From a virus (Duplodnaviria; Caudoviricetes), in the IMG/VR virus record IMGVR_UViG_2693429827_000001, positions 4,085 to 68,084 of that record: DNA of 64,000 nucleotides; one strand, given 5' to 3'. Positions within the stretch are counted from its first letter, which is position 1. Each line of letters starts with the position of its first letter. A program made the position numbers and the translations under genes. This document shows, one piece after another, positions 1 through 9,413 of this stretch. The notes beneath the pieces were generated by a model that saw only the letters and a list, made by a program, of their open reading frames with translations, was not told the DNA's origin and did no database searches.

Positions 1-35
1 GCCATTTTCTTAAGTAGCGTTTTGCTCATCGTCAT
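1..35 (-). CDS. 5' fragment of a gene running off the window (MTMSKTLLKKM...)
   Basis: ATG at 35 preceded by AGGAGG; open to the window edge. Confidence 0.6.
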   Translation of the reverse strand, partial: MTMSKTLLKKM

Positions 36-69
36 GTTGCGATCGCCTCCTACGTTTTACGTATGTTTG

Positions 70-100
70 ATGTTATGGCGGACCGCTTGACCAAAATGAC
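70..100 (-). promoter_or_regulatory. Candidate sigmaE-like sporulation promoter
   Basis: Minus strand gtcATT-N17-CATAACAT resembles the B. subtilis sigmaE consensus ATa-N16/18-CATAcanT. Confidence 0.4.
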
Positions 101-161
101 CACAGTTTTGAATTAATTTTCATAGAGTTGTCCACACTTACTAGTAAAGGAGTGGATAAAC

Positions 162-389
162 ATGGGACTAGGAAAGCCGCGGAGTAAGTTGGGCACGTAT
201 ATTGATAAGCGTGGAATTAAACAGAAGGATCTCGAAGAGTGGACGGGCCTGAGCCGCAATGAGGTCGGTAAGTTATGCGCTGGAAATGGGCGCGAGGTTA
301 ACCCGTATCCGAATACGATGGTCAAGGTAATCAGCGCGCTCAGAAAACGTGGACATGACGTGAAAGCTGCGGACTTCTGGACGTTGTAG
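162..389 (+). CDS. XRE-family HTH protein
   Basis: RSKLGTYIDKRGIKQKDLEEWTGLSRNEVGKLC HTH pattern; AAGGAG RBS. Confidence 0.8.
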   Translation: MGLGKPRSKLGTYIDKRGIKQKDLEEWTGLSRNEVGKLCAGNGREVNPYPNTMVKVISALRKRGHDVKAADFWTL

Positions 390-405
390 CCGTCCTTAAA
401 CGACG

Positions 406-438
406 AAAAGGGAGCCACCCGTTTCCAGGTCGCTCCCT
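406..438 (-). terminator. Intrinsic terminator
   Basis: AGGGAGC...GCTCCCT stem followed by UUUU on the minus strand. Confidence 0.6.
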
Positions 439-469
439 AGCGCAATCGCGTAGGCGATCGCTTTACCCC

Positions 470-499
470 AGCGTATGCATCCGGGCTTGTATTAAATGC
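470..499 (-). promoter_or_regulatory. Candidate sigmaE-like promoter
   Basis: Minus strand gcATT-N17-CATACGCT. Confidence 0.4.
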
Positions 500-513
500 G
501 TGTCCGAATAAAT

Positions 514-786
514 TTAGAAGAATCCGCCTGCAGCGGAAATAATCATAATGACGATGCCTTGTATCTCGCGCTTCTCCAATTTGTACGATAAGAACCCGAA
601 GACGATACCGAGCGCAGCAATAAACGCGGTAAACGGTAAGAACGAGATAAGTGCACAGACCCAGCCGATAAGTGCGAATATAAAACCGCCCGCGTACCCT
701 TTACGCTTGTTAGTCGGTTCGCTCTCTACTTTATCTTTTGTTATGCTTACGTCATTTTTGACTTCCCAATCTTTTCCGATACCCAT
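514..786 (-). CDS. Small membrane protein (DUF4190-like)
   Basis: Charged N-terminus followed by 2-3 hydrophobic helices. Confidence 0.6.
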   Translation of the reverse strand: MGIGKDWEVKNDVSITKDKVESEPTNKRKGYAGGFIFALIGWVCALISFLPFTAFIAALGIVFGFLSYKLEKREIQGIVIMIISAAGGFF

Positions 787-835
787 CGCTGATCACCGCC
801 CATTTAATGTATACAAATTGTAACATTTATCCTAT

Positions 836-898
836 AAAAAGAAAATAGCCCACCTACGATAGTCCTACGTTATTATAAGCAAGACTCCGCTGGTGGGC
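836..898 (-). terminator. Probable terminator of the lysis operon (long loop)
   Basis: GCCCACC/GGTGGGC inverted repeat with a U-rich tail on the minus strand, directly after the holin. Confidence 0.45.
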
Positions 899-906
899 GT
901 CATTAT

Positions 907-1146
907 TTATTCGGTTTTCACCTTACTGAACGTGCCTTTACCGATATCGTACAGTTTACACGCAGCAAGACCCGCCATAATTCCGGTCATAACTCCGTCC
1001 GCAACCGTCTCATGCGGAATATACAAAAGCCCCGCAACTAGGCCGAGCGCCATCGATAATAGCGGAATCCATTTCGCGTCAACGTACATTTTCGCAAACT
1101 CTCCGATCGCAATAATTACCGCTACAACTACGCCAATTTCGTACAT
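907..1146 (-). CDS. Holin
   Basis: 79 aa from the ATG at 1146 (MYEIGVVVAVII...); three TM segments, KWIPLLS motif, basic tail; adjacent to amidase. Confidence 0.8.
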   Translation of the reverse strand: MYEIGVVVAVIIAIGEFAKMYVDAKWIPLLSMALGLVAGLLYIPHETVADGVMTGIMAGLAACKLYDIGKGTFSKVKTE

Positions 1147-1147
1147 A

Positions 1148-1888
1148 TTAACGTGCCCCTTTCGTCGTAATAGTCGCTGTCTTCGTTTTGTTATCCCACG
1201 CGATATCTGCGCTGTAATACTCCGCAACTTCGCGCAAGGGTACGTAGACTGTTCCGTCAATTAATACGCCGTCCTTCGCTTTCTTCGCGTCGATGACTAC
1301 GTTCGCTTTATCTACGCGCACATCATCCGCCTCCTTTAATCCGTAAACTTCAACGATGCCTGCAACGATTGCCTCCGCACATTTTCGGCGGTAAGCATCC
1401 GTTTTAAGTAGCGCGGCTTCTTCGCGATTATCCATAAAGCCGCACTCGACGAGGATTGCCGGCATCTTCGTTTCGCGTACCATGTGCAAGTCGCCCGTCT
1501 TAACTCCGCGATTACGGCGCCCTGTTTTCGCAATGAGTTGCGCCTGGACTGCGTTCGCGAGTTTAACAGACGCGGTCGATTTCGTGGAGTAAATGAATGT
1601 CTCGATTCCTTCCGCGATTCCCCACGTTCCAGCCGCTGCGTTCGCGTGGATAGATACGAGAATATCCGCGCCCCAAGCGTTAGCGGTTTTAGTCCGCGTA
1701 CTCAATAGAACATCCGTTTTACCCGTTACATCGTGCGTAAATTTCGTTTCGACACCGTCATATGCCGCGAGCATTTGCGCAACATAATTCGCAACGACTG
1801 CGTTAAATTCCCATTCGCGCATGGAACCGTCGGGGCAGCGCTTGCCTAGCGTGAAGTAGCCGTGGCCGGCGTCGATTACGATTTTCAT
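1148..1888 (-). CDS. Endolysin, N-acetylmuramoyl-L-alanine amidase (Amidase_3) with C-terminal copper-amine-oxidase-N-like binding domain
   Basis: IDAGHG, REWE, SIHANA and ILVECGFMDN motifs; C-terminal DGTVYVPLR...WD motif. Confidence 0.92.
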   Translation of the reverse strand: MKIVIDAGHGYFTLGKRCPDGSMREWEFNAVVANYVAQMLAAYDGVETKFTHDVTGKTDVLLSTRTKTANAWGADILVSIHANAAAGTWGIAEGIETFIYSTKSTASVKLANAVQAQLIAKTGRRNRGVKTGDLHMVRETKMPAILVECGFMDNREEAALLKTDAYRRKCAEAIVAGIVEVYGLKEADDVRVDKANVVIDAKKAKDGVLIDGTVYVPLREVAEYYSADIAWDNKTKTATITTKGAR

Positions 1889-2202
1889 CGCGTTCCCTCC
1901 CTTCCGTTTACTACCGATTTGATATCGTGAACATCGAGCGCCAAAGTTTCGTACTGACTTGCGAGTGTTTCAAAGCGTGCCGTTAAGTCTTCCGCGAGCG
2001 TCATTAAGCGGTCCTCGCGATCTTTTGCTTCGTCTTGGATGCGGACCTCACGTTCGCGTGCTTCCGATTGAATGCGTTCTTCGCGCGCTTTCGCTTCGTC
2101 TGACAAGCGGCGTGCTTCGCGTAGTTGATACAAAAAGAGCGCAACAAAAAGGACGGCGAATATACCGTCCTTAAGAGCAGCGTTTATGAGTGCGGTATCC
2201 AG
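1885..2202 (-). CDS. BhlA/UviB-like holin, probable CTG start
   Basis: Frame extends upstream as LDTALINAALKDGIFAVLFVALFLYQLRE; GGAGG 8 nt before the CTG at 2202; in-frame stop immediately upstream. Confidence 0.7.
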   Translation of the reverse strand: MDTALINAALKDGIFAVLFVALFLYQLREARRLSDEAKAREERIQSEAREREVRIQDEAKDREDRLMTLAEDLTARFETLASQYETLALDVHDIKSVVNGREGTR

Positions 2203-2205
2203 CGT

Positions 2206-2502
2206 CTACACCTCCTCTAATATGTTATCCACTACATGCCACAGATCAGCTTCCCTATATTCGTTAGCGGGCTTGCCTGGAGCAAACTTAGGGGATTCGG
2301 ACATTAATAGCATATAATTATCACCTGAAATTGTAATGCTTTGAGTCCTTAATAGCTCACCATTTTCGCTATAGTATCCGATCCTCACATCGATCCTGGA
2401 TGATGGCTTTGATTCATATATTTCTTCTAAAGTTTCGTAAGATACAACTACGTTGCTTTGAACTGACTTAGTCACTAAAATTGATTTGTTTGAAGTCCGC
2501 AC
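2206..2502 (-). CDS. Hypothetical protein, possible tail-spike chaperone
   Basis: 98 aa, RBS, follows the tail spike, same AT-rich composition. Confidence 0.6.
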   Translation of the reverse strand: MRTSNKSILVTKSVQSNVVVSYETLEEIYESKPSSRIDVRIGYYSENGELLRTQSITISGDNYMLLMSESPKFAPGKPANEYREADLWHVVDNILEEV

Positions 2503-2521
2503 TAAGAATCACCCTCCATCT

Positions 2522-4549
2522 TTAGATTTTTTCGACAGCAACCCAGGTAATAACGGTATTTGGCTCCGATGATTTTATTTGGAACGAGTTAGAAGATAAT
2601 TCAGCAAAAGTGATTATTGCTGATTTTCCCATTGGTGTCGCTACTATATTCGGTATATTAGCACCAAAGGGTTTCGGGAAAGTGATTGTTGTGAAAGTGT
2701 CTGCCGATCCAGTTGTAACAGTATTGCTTTGGACCATTGGTTTATAAGCTTCAGCAGAGATATAGTCTATCATCGTCACTGCTGTATACGGTACGACAAT
2801 ACTTAGAGCATCTGCTCCCGATTTAGGTACGGAAACACTTACTGTCTGATAAACACCTCCATCACCGGATAAAGGAATGTTTAAATTTTTCAGTACTCCC
2901 CCGACTATATCTAAAATGCGCACTTGTAAAACCGTATCACTTGATTTGATCCTCAAGTTTACCTGGAGATCTTCCTTGTATTTAAATCTAAACAAAGTCA
3001 TAAAATCATTTGCTGTTCGTTTAAATACATAGCCTCCGGTGATAGAGTCTGGATCATAGGCGGCGGTGAATGATGTTTTGACTCCTTGACAATTCTTTAC
3101 TAAATCAGAACCCGAGTATAATTTTCCCGGTATTAAGTACGGTGTTTCATAAAGAGTGTAGCTATTTGAGTCGATCTCCACAGAGCCTAATGCGGTAGCT
3201 GCAATCATTTGTAGTTTAGGGGATGGGACCGTACCATCTTGGAACAGTCTATTTTTGAAAGATGAGGTTACAGAAGAGATGCGGAGTATGGAATGTGCCG
3301 CACCAGGCCCATCAGAAACCTGAAAGAATGCACCTGAATCATTTACGTTAACCAACGAAACACTTATGTTATAAAACCCATTAAAACGAAATAATGAATC
3401 TGTAAATGTCGTTACTCCGTCAGTGAATTTGTGTTTACTCATTCCATGCAAATTCATTTGCCCGATAGTTAATCCATCAATATATCCTAGACTGAACAAA
3501 GGGATTTTTGTTAGTCCGTCAAACTCAGACTTAGTTTTGATGTGTGTTCCGATATTAGAATAGGCATGTGTAAAATTATGTTCATAACTCATGGATACAA
3601 TAATGATGTTAGATGCTAGTGCTCCGTTTGATGTCTCCAAAATCGTGCCGCTAACGCCTTCTACATCTAAATCTTGAATCAAGATACGAGAAGTATTTGA
3701 CATGTTGTCTTGCATTACTGTATCGATGTAGATCATTGAATTTTTCGTATAACTATCTCGGATGTACAAACGACTAATGTCTATCTCCCATATATTCTTA
3801 GCATATATTCCTCTACTTTGTGCGTTATAGAAGCCAATATCAAAAGTAGCCCCATATACGTACTCAAGACACAATTGAGCGACAGAAGTCGGCTTGCCCG
3901 TATCATCAAACCCGATATCTATTAAGCTCGAATTGTATATTTCATCAGTAACAGCATTAGGCGGTTCTGAGAAATCCTGTCTTCCTCCCATTTTGAGCGT
4001 GAATCTTTGTCCTGTCTCATATGGCGATAGATAAGTTCTAAAACGACCGCCGTAACCAAATGAAATTTTGGATGCACCAACTAATTTAATACTATCTTTG
4101 TTGATAAACCCCTCTTTCATCTCGTACTTACCTTCTTGAAATTCAATGATTTTAATATCCACATCAGTTTGTGCTATAGCTAGAATAGGGGCATTATCAA
4201 AATGAAAGTCACTCCGCATACCAATTTGTTCTGCCAATACTCTCCCATTGTGGATAAGAACAGCTTTTAAACCATCCTTAATATCGAATATCGTAGCACC
4301 ATTGCTGACTCTTCCGGCATCCGATACTATTTTGTAGCTTGCCGCACCTCCATCGCCAGGAGTGTAAAATCCATTAGTATGCATAACACTACCCGATCTC
4401 GGCTTACTGTAAGATAACATTGCATTAATATTTTCTAAGGGAATAGCAGAATCGATAAGGTCGAAATTTTCATTAAACTCATTAAATTTCACTCTGTCAA
4501 CCTGAGACCAAGTGTGCAACCCTAGGTTACTTGTTTTTCCGCCGCTCAA
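2522..4549 (-). CDS. Tail spike/fibre receptor-binding protein (probable beta-helix depolymerase)
   Basis: N-terminal KTSNLGLHTW...FNENFDLID anchor, GFYTPGDGGAA spike motif, long beta-rich centre, C-terminal TITFPKPF domain; last tail gene; AT-rich. Confidence 0.8.
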   Translation of the reverse strand: MSGGKTSNLGLHTWSQVDRVKFNEFNENFDLIDSAIPLENINAMLSYSKPRSGSVMHTNGFYTPGDGGAASYKIVSDAGRVSNGATIFDIKDGLKAVLIHNGRVLAEQIGMRSDFHFDNAPILAIAQTDVDIKIIEFQEGKYEMKEGFINKDSIKLVGASKISFGYGGRFRTYLSPYETGQRFTLKMGGRQDFSEPPNAVTDEIYNSSLIDIGFDDTGKPTSVAQLCLEYVYGATFDIGFYNAQSRGIYAKNIWEIDISRLYIRDSYTKNSMIYIDTVMQDNMSNTSRILIQDLDVEGVSGTILETSNGALASNIIIVSMSYEHNFTHAYSNIGTHIKTKSEFDGLTKIPLFSLGYIDGLTIGQMNLHGMSKHKFTDGVTTFTDSLFRFNGFYNISVSLVNVNDSGAFFQVSDGPGAAHSILRISSVTSSFKNRLFQDGTVPSPKLQMIAATALGSVEIDSNSYTLYETPYLIPGKLYSGSDLVKNCQGVKTSFTAAYDPDSITGGYVFKRTANDFMTLFRFKYKEDLQVNLRIKSSDTVLQVRILDIVGGVLKNLNIPLSGDGGVYQTVSVSVPKSGADALSIVVPYTAVTMIDYISAEAYKPMVQSNTVTTGSADTFTTITFPKPFGANIPNIVATPMGKSAIITFAELSSNSFQIKSSEPNTVITWVAVEKI

Positions 4550-5432
4550 ATGAGTCCCCTCCTTCGTAAGGTATTAGGAATGATTCCTCTAACTCTCTGC
4601 ATGTAAATTGTTCAGCCTGTTCCCAAGTTAAATCGGAGAGTTCAACTTCCTCCCACGGTAGATAAGTCGGAACGAACTCGTGCTCAAGATGCGCCGGCAG
4701 CACCGCGTTAACTTCCCGTTCCATCTCGCTGATATTATCCGGCACTCCGCGCCTACTCCATATCGTAGTTGCCACGCGAAATTCATTCGGTTTCTCCTCG
4801 ACCGTGCAATCGTAAAACTCGTTAACGATCTCGGTAAACTTCGGCAATGTTACGGTTCCGATTCCGCGTCTACGCTTAATCACTTCGGCCCGGCGCGCTT
4901 CAAGCGATTTGGTCCGGTCCGTGACGATTCCGCACTCCGCTTCAAACCGCGTAATACCGATGTCCGTCGCAGTCTCCGGATAAAACTCGAACACCAACGC
5001 TTCAACTAGCGCATGTAGGCGCGTCGCCTCGCTTGCTTCCGCCTGGATCATTGCGCTGACTACCGGAAAATCACCGTAATATCGCGGCAAATAATCGGTC
5101 ATTTCGGCGCGTATATCACGGTCAGTACGATACGCTTCCATCCGAGTACTAACGGTTATTTTCGCGCTAATCGTGCGGTATTTCTTAACGTCAAGAACCG
5201 CGGCCTTGGATGCGGATGTATTCGCGGAAGCAATGCGCACAACTCTCGTCTGTTTAGCGCTGATAGATGCAGCGGTGATAACGCTTGACTTCGCGAATTG
5301 ACGCTTAATAGCGGTTGAATCCGCTACTGTTCCCGAAGATATTGCCGCGGCAGTTGTGGACGTAACGCGAATAAGGCGACCGCTTAAAGTCGCCTCTGAT
5401 ACGCTATTACTTGCGATAGTAATTTCCGCCAA
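4527..5432 (-). CDS. Baseplate wedge protein (XkdU/YmfQ, DUF2313-like) with Ala/Ser/Thr-rich N-extension
   Basis: DYLPRYY, FYPETAT, LEARR and VLPAHL motifs; follows baseplate J. Confidence 0.8.
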   Translation of the reverse strand: MAEITIASNSVSEATLSGRLIRVTSTTAAAISSGTVADSTAIKRQFAKSSVITAASISAKQTRVVRIASANTSASKAAVLDVKKYRTISAKITVSTRMEAYRTDRDIRAEMTDYLPRYYGDFPVVSAMIQAEASEATRLHALVEALVFEFYPETATDIGITRFEAECGIVTDRTKSLEARRAEVIKRRRGIGTVTLPKFTEIVNEFYDCTVEEKPNEFRVATTIWSRRGVPDNISEMEREVNAVLPAHLEHEFVPTYLPWEEVELSDLTWEQAEQFTCRELEESFLIPYEGGDSFERRKNK

Positions 5433-5445
5433 CTATAACGCCCCC

Positions 5446-5832
5446 TTAGTCGAGCGTCACCGTGATATCGCCCGCGTTTATCTTAATCTGATCGCCGGCC
5501 GGTACGGATTTACTCGTAGTCAGCACGGACGAAAATAAGAGATTGCCGCCAGTTACCGCGTCAAAAAGACCGATATGCGTAACCGTTCCCCACGCGGCAG
5601 TAGCTACCGGAAACAATACGTCGGCCGCCGTTGCTGTCGCTCCGATTGTCGCGGTATTAAACGTAACGGCTTGCCTTGCGTATGCTCCTCCGCTTACTTC
5701 CGTTCCCGTACCGGCGTCAGTTGGATCAGACGTAAAAAGCGCAACGTAAATTCCAGCCGGAACCGTGTACGCTGTGCCTTTCAAAACGTGATTAAGGATT
5801 CTATTTTCAAGATAATCGGACATTCCCGGCAT
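5446..5832 (-). CDS. Minor tail/baseplate protein
   Basis: MSDYLENRIL...YVALFT.DP...EVSGGAYARQ...WGTVTH.GLFDA.TGGNLL pattern common in phage tail modules. Confidence 0.75.
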   Translation of the reverse strand: MPGMSDYLENRILNHVLKGTAYTVPAGIYVALFTSDPTDAGTGTEVSGGAYARQAVTFNTATIGATATAADVLFPVATAAWGTVTHIGLFDAVTGGNLLFSSVLTTSKSVPAGDQIKINAGDITVTLD

Positions 5833-5843
5833 CTTATTTCCCC

Positions 5844-6905
5844 CTATTCGGACACGACAATAGCGCCCATAACCGCGACTTGATCCTCGTCGATTAGGAC
5901 GTTACCCGTTCCGTTATTTATCGTTAGATTCTCGTAATCGATTACGTCTTCCGCATTAAGTATCGCCTCGCCCACTTTCGAATACCGGACAACTCGATCG
6001 TTAAACGCGAGCCCTTCGAGATAAGCGCGCACATTCGACCGGACCTGCTCAACGGTGGTATTAACGTCTGCTCCGTCTCTTAGCGTAAGGACCATCCGCA
6101 AGTTAACGAGCACTTCTTCAACGCCAACGACCGTAACCGCTGCGTTAAGTGGACGCTGACTCTCGATATACGCGGCTGCTTCGTCAATAACGTTCTGACT
6201 CGGCGCGGTCTTGTCGTCCGCAAGTAGCGATACTTTAACGGTGCCAGGACCATTCCATGCTCGGAATATACGCGCATCAAATACGCCGGCAATTTGTTTC
6301 GCCCACCGACGATAATCCGCTTCGTTGCCGGTTGTGGCCGGCGTCTGTACATCTTCGAGATAGCGCTGTAAAAACGCTTCGTCCGTCTCCTCATCGAATC
6401 CACCGCTAAGTGGTTGCGGATTATTTACCGCGATAATTCCGTTAAGCTCGCCATTAACAAGCGTGATTGTTCCGGGACCGACGTTACCGGACACGCCGCC
6501 TATCTGCGCTTGGATCATTACGGTAACTGCGCCGCTACTTCCGATCGTTGCCGCTTCCGTTGTCTCAAACGCGACAGGCGTTTCGCCTCCGGTTGATAGC
6601 GTTGTTCCCTCCGGAATCTCCGTGCCTTCCGGACCCGTAAACGCAACAAAACCAACGGCAACAACCGCTGGCTTCTTCGTCAGGCCACGTTCCCTCGCGC
6701 GCATTTCGAGGTAAGGACCGTATGATGTTTGGGCGAATCCGAGATTAAGCACAGTATCCAATGCGATATAGGCTCGCGCTAATTCAATCGTCATTTTCGA
6801 TTGCATATCGTACACAACCGAGCCCTGACGCTTATCAAACTCGTCGCCATACGAGGAAAGAATCCTCGCTAAAATTTCCGAATTAGTTTCCGATTCGAAA
6901 GCCAA
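5844..6905 (-). CDS. Baseplate J/gp47 protein (XkdT-like)
   Basis: DKRQGS, GGFDEETDE, GNEADYRRWA, WNGPGTVKV motifs. Confidence 0.9.
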   Translation of the reverse strand: MAFESETNSEILARILSSYGDEFDKRQGSVVYDMQSKMTIELARAYIALDTVLNLGFAQTSYGPYLEMRARERGLTKKPAVVAVGFVAFTGPEGTEIPEGTTLSTGGETPVAFETTEAATIGSSGAVTVMIQAQIGGVSGNVGPGTITLVNGELNGIIAVNNPQPLSGGFDEETDEAFLQRYLEDVQTPATTGNEADYRRWAKQIAGVFDARIFRAWNGPGTVKVSLLADDKTAPSQNVIDEAAAYIESQRPLNAAVTVVGVEEVLVNLRMVLTLRDGADVNTTVEQVRSNVRAYLEGLAFNDRVVRYSKVGEAILNAEDVIDYENLTINNGTGNVLIDEDQVAVMGAIVVSE

Positions 6906-7331
6906 TTATAACGTCACCTCCATGCCGAACGCGCCGAGAACGGAAGTTACCGTAAACTCAACGTACACGGCGTCGCCTTCCTGCGTTATTACAAAATCAT
7001 CCACCGCGCTAATTCGCTCATCGTATATTAACGCCTCCGTTATTGCGCGTGGTATTTCCGCAGCTAGTAATTCAAACGATGAATCACCGCCGAGCACGTC
7101 TTCGAGTTCAGATCCGTAATCGTCGTCGTAAATTAAAAAGCGACCACGCGCAGTGCGGATCGCTTTGAGTATGAATTGTTTGAGCGCTTCGATTCCGTCA
7201 ACCATTCCGCCAATATTTCCGTTCGAAAAGTCGAGCGAATACGTCTTTGACGGAGCTTTTGTCTGGACTATCGTAGAGCTCTCCGTTTCTAACGCCGTAA
7301 CCGCAGTTTCCGCGATTGGACTAAGCGCCAT
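6906..7331 (-). CDS. Baseplate protein (XkdS/DUF2634-like)
   Basis: ALKQFILKAIRTARGRFLIYDDDYGSEL...EALIYDERI. Confidence 0.85.
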   Translation of the reverse strand: MALSPIAETAVTALETESSTIVQTKAPSKTYSLDFSNGNIGGMVDGIEALKQFILKAIRTARGRFLIYDDDYGSELEDVLGGDSSFELLAAEIPRAITEALIYDERISAVDDFVITQEGDAVYVEFTVTSVLGAFGMEVTL

Positions 7332-7731
7332 TTAAGATCACCGCCTTATCGAGTACAACGTAAGATTGGCCGGCCTTTATTGACGCTACGATAACGCGAT
7401 CTCCGGCTTTAAGCGGAGACTTAACGGTGACTTTAACGGAAGATGCCGCGATGTTCCCGAGTCCGTGAGAGTGAGACGGCGAACCTGCGCTTGTGGTGCT
7501 TCCGCTAACCGGAATGCTGAACGATATCTCGCGTTCAATGTCGGTTAAGTGTTCAGCGATAATCACGTCGTCCGCTTCGAGTTCAATCTTCATGTTGTCG
7601 ATTTGAATGCGCAGATTCGGAAGCGGCGCGATTACCGTTGCGAGTTCGATATCTACGTCCTTGTTGTAGCCAAGCGTTTTAATTACGCCGCTGAGCTTCG
7701 CAAATCCGGAACCTTCGATTATTTCGTTCAA
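7321..7731 (-). CDS. Baseplate spike protein (XkdR/DUF2577-like)
   Basis: LKAGDRVIV...YVVLDK motif, HSH tip motif, synteny. Confidence 0.8.
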   Translation of the reverse strand: MNEIIEGSGFAKLSGVIKTLGYNKDVDIELATVIAPLPNLRIQIDNMKIELEADDVIIAEHLTDIEREISFSIPVSGSTTSAGSPSHSHGLGNIAASSVKVTVKSPLKAGDRVIVASIKAGQSYVVLDKAVILNGA

Positions 7732-8726
7732 TCCTCCGTCACCTCCACGTAATCAAGTTGCGGTAAGTCATCCGTTTTCGATATCGTAACGTCCATCAAG
7801 TGCGTGCCGTTTTCGAACGTATGTGTATCAGCCGTTACGTAAAAGCCGCCGATAAGCTTCGTCATATCTTCGAGTACATAAACGGATGAGCCCGTTACCA
7901 CATCGATAAGTCCGAGCGCCGTTACCGTTGCCTCTTCGTTCGGTTTGCTGAGTTCCTTTAATTTCTGCGCTGCGAGCTGGTTGATCTGCGACTGGTTCGA
8001 GTCCGAATCGGCCGTTTCCGGATGCTGCATCGTTCCGTACAACTTAACCGCGCTATCGTTTTTAACCGTAGCTGTCAGCGGTTTATCTTTATCGCCGCCC
8101 GTAACCTTAACGACGGTACGCGTCTCCTCTATCGATTGAGTCCGTGAGGCACCCGTTATATTAACGCCGTTTTCGAGTATCCAACGGACAATAATGTCCT
8201 TGCGCTCGGCCATGTAGAGTTTGCCTTTACGCGAGTACACGTATAGACGCTTGCCGTTCTGCTTACGTGTCTCTGTAAACGCAGTAACGAGCATATCCCA
8301 TAACGTCATGTCACGTAGAATCAGCTTCGGAATAACGTAGCCGGACGCTGCGAAAGTACCCGCGCTAATATCAAACGCCTGACACAACTGCTTTGCGATA
8401 GCCGTCGCCGTCATCTTCGTAAACTTGCGCGTATCCGAGTTCTTCGTAAGATACACGTTCTCATCGTACGCGGTAATCGACATGCGTCCGGAATGGTCAA
8501 TCGTAGTACTAAAAATAACGCCCCGGAAGACCTCCGCGCCGTTTACGTGAAATCGTATTTCCTTGCCGAGCTCGAACGTTACCGCCTGCATTTTACCGTT
8601 AATCGTATTAGATAACGTAACGATAAGCGTACGATAAGGAAGCGGAATGTCGCCCGACCACTTGACGCTCTGAACGATGGGATCGATGTAGCGACCGCCG
8701 TATTCAATGTTATATTCCGTTGCCAT
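7728..8726 (-). CDS. Baseplate hub protein (XkdQ-like)
   Basis: VKWSG, VFRGVIF, ITAYD..YL.KN motifs; synteny. Confidence 0.85.
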   Translation of the reverse strand: MATEYNIEYGGRYIDPIVQSVKWSGDIPLPYRTLIVTLSNTINGKMQAVTFELGKEIRFHVNGAEVFRGVIFSTTIDHSGRMSITAYDENVYLTKNSDTRKFTKMTATAIAKQLCQAFDISAGTFAASGYVIPKLILRDMTLWDMLVTAFTETRKQNGKRLYVYSRKGKLYMAERKDIIVRWILENGVNITGASRTQSIEETRTVVKVTGGDKDKPLTATVKNDSAVKLYGTMQHPETADSDSNQSQINQLAAQKLKELSKPNEEATVTALGLIDVVTGSSVYVLEDMTKLIGGFYVTADTHTFENGTHLMDVTISKTDDLPQLDYVEVTED

Positions 8727-9400
8727 TACGGGATCACCAGCTTCGTTCCGACTTTCAGCGCGTTAGGATTCGGGCCGATTGCGGATTTATTAGCGTCGTA
8801 AATCTTGCGCCAGTCGTCTCCGTTCTTATAGACTTTCTGCGCGATTTTCCACAGTGAGTCACCGGACTTAATCGTATACGACTTCGGCGTCGTCTTCTCG
8901 TTAGGACGCTGCTTCTCCGCTTTCTTCGCGGCGGAAGACGTTGACTGAGCCGTACTATCCGAAGTCTTACGGAACGATACGAATACGTACTCTTTCAACG
9001 TTAACGTATAGTAGATATCGCCAGGCTCACCGCCGCGTTCTTCGTATGTGAAACTCCGAATAGTGACCGCGAGATTTATCGGCGTATTCGTTACGATGAA
9101 GCGCACCGGTTTACCTGACCGTTGCCAACGTTCGATCATCTTAACGGTCTCCCACGGATCTTTTAAACGCGGATGCTCGCAGAAGGACGGATTATAATCG
9201 CGTGGGAATAACGAAGAAAACGAGTATTCGCGCAATCGGTTATTTCCGATAACGGTATACTCGCCTAGTTGCGTAACGTCTATGTCCGTGAATCCGTGCG
9301 TTGATGTTGCGGATAGTGACCGGGGATTAACCGGCAACCAAAATACTTCTGCGTTATTATTAAACTTGAGCCAAAACTGCGGCCGCTGTCTTACCGTCAT
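8726..9400 (-). CDS. LysM tail protein (XkdP-like)
   Basis: LPVNP, GDIYYTLTLKEY, C-terminal LysM YTIKSGDSLWKIA. Confidence 0.9.
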   Translation of the reverse strand: MTVRQRPQFWLKFNNNAEVFWLPVNPRSLSATSTHGFTDIDVTQLGEYTVIGNNRLREYSFSSLFPRDYNPSFCEHPRLKDPWETVKMIERWQRSGKPVRFIVTNTPINLAVTIRSFTYEERGGEPGDIYYTLTLKEYVFVSFRKTSDSTAQSTSSAAKKAEKQRPNEKTTPKSYTIKSGDSLWKIAQKVYKNGDDWRKIYDANKSAIGPNPNALKVGTKLVIP

Positions 9401-9413
9401 TTACCGTCCTCCT

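Noticed and set aside
2522-4549. Diversity-generating retroelement target
   Set aside because: No reverse transcriptase or template repeat recognised
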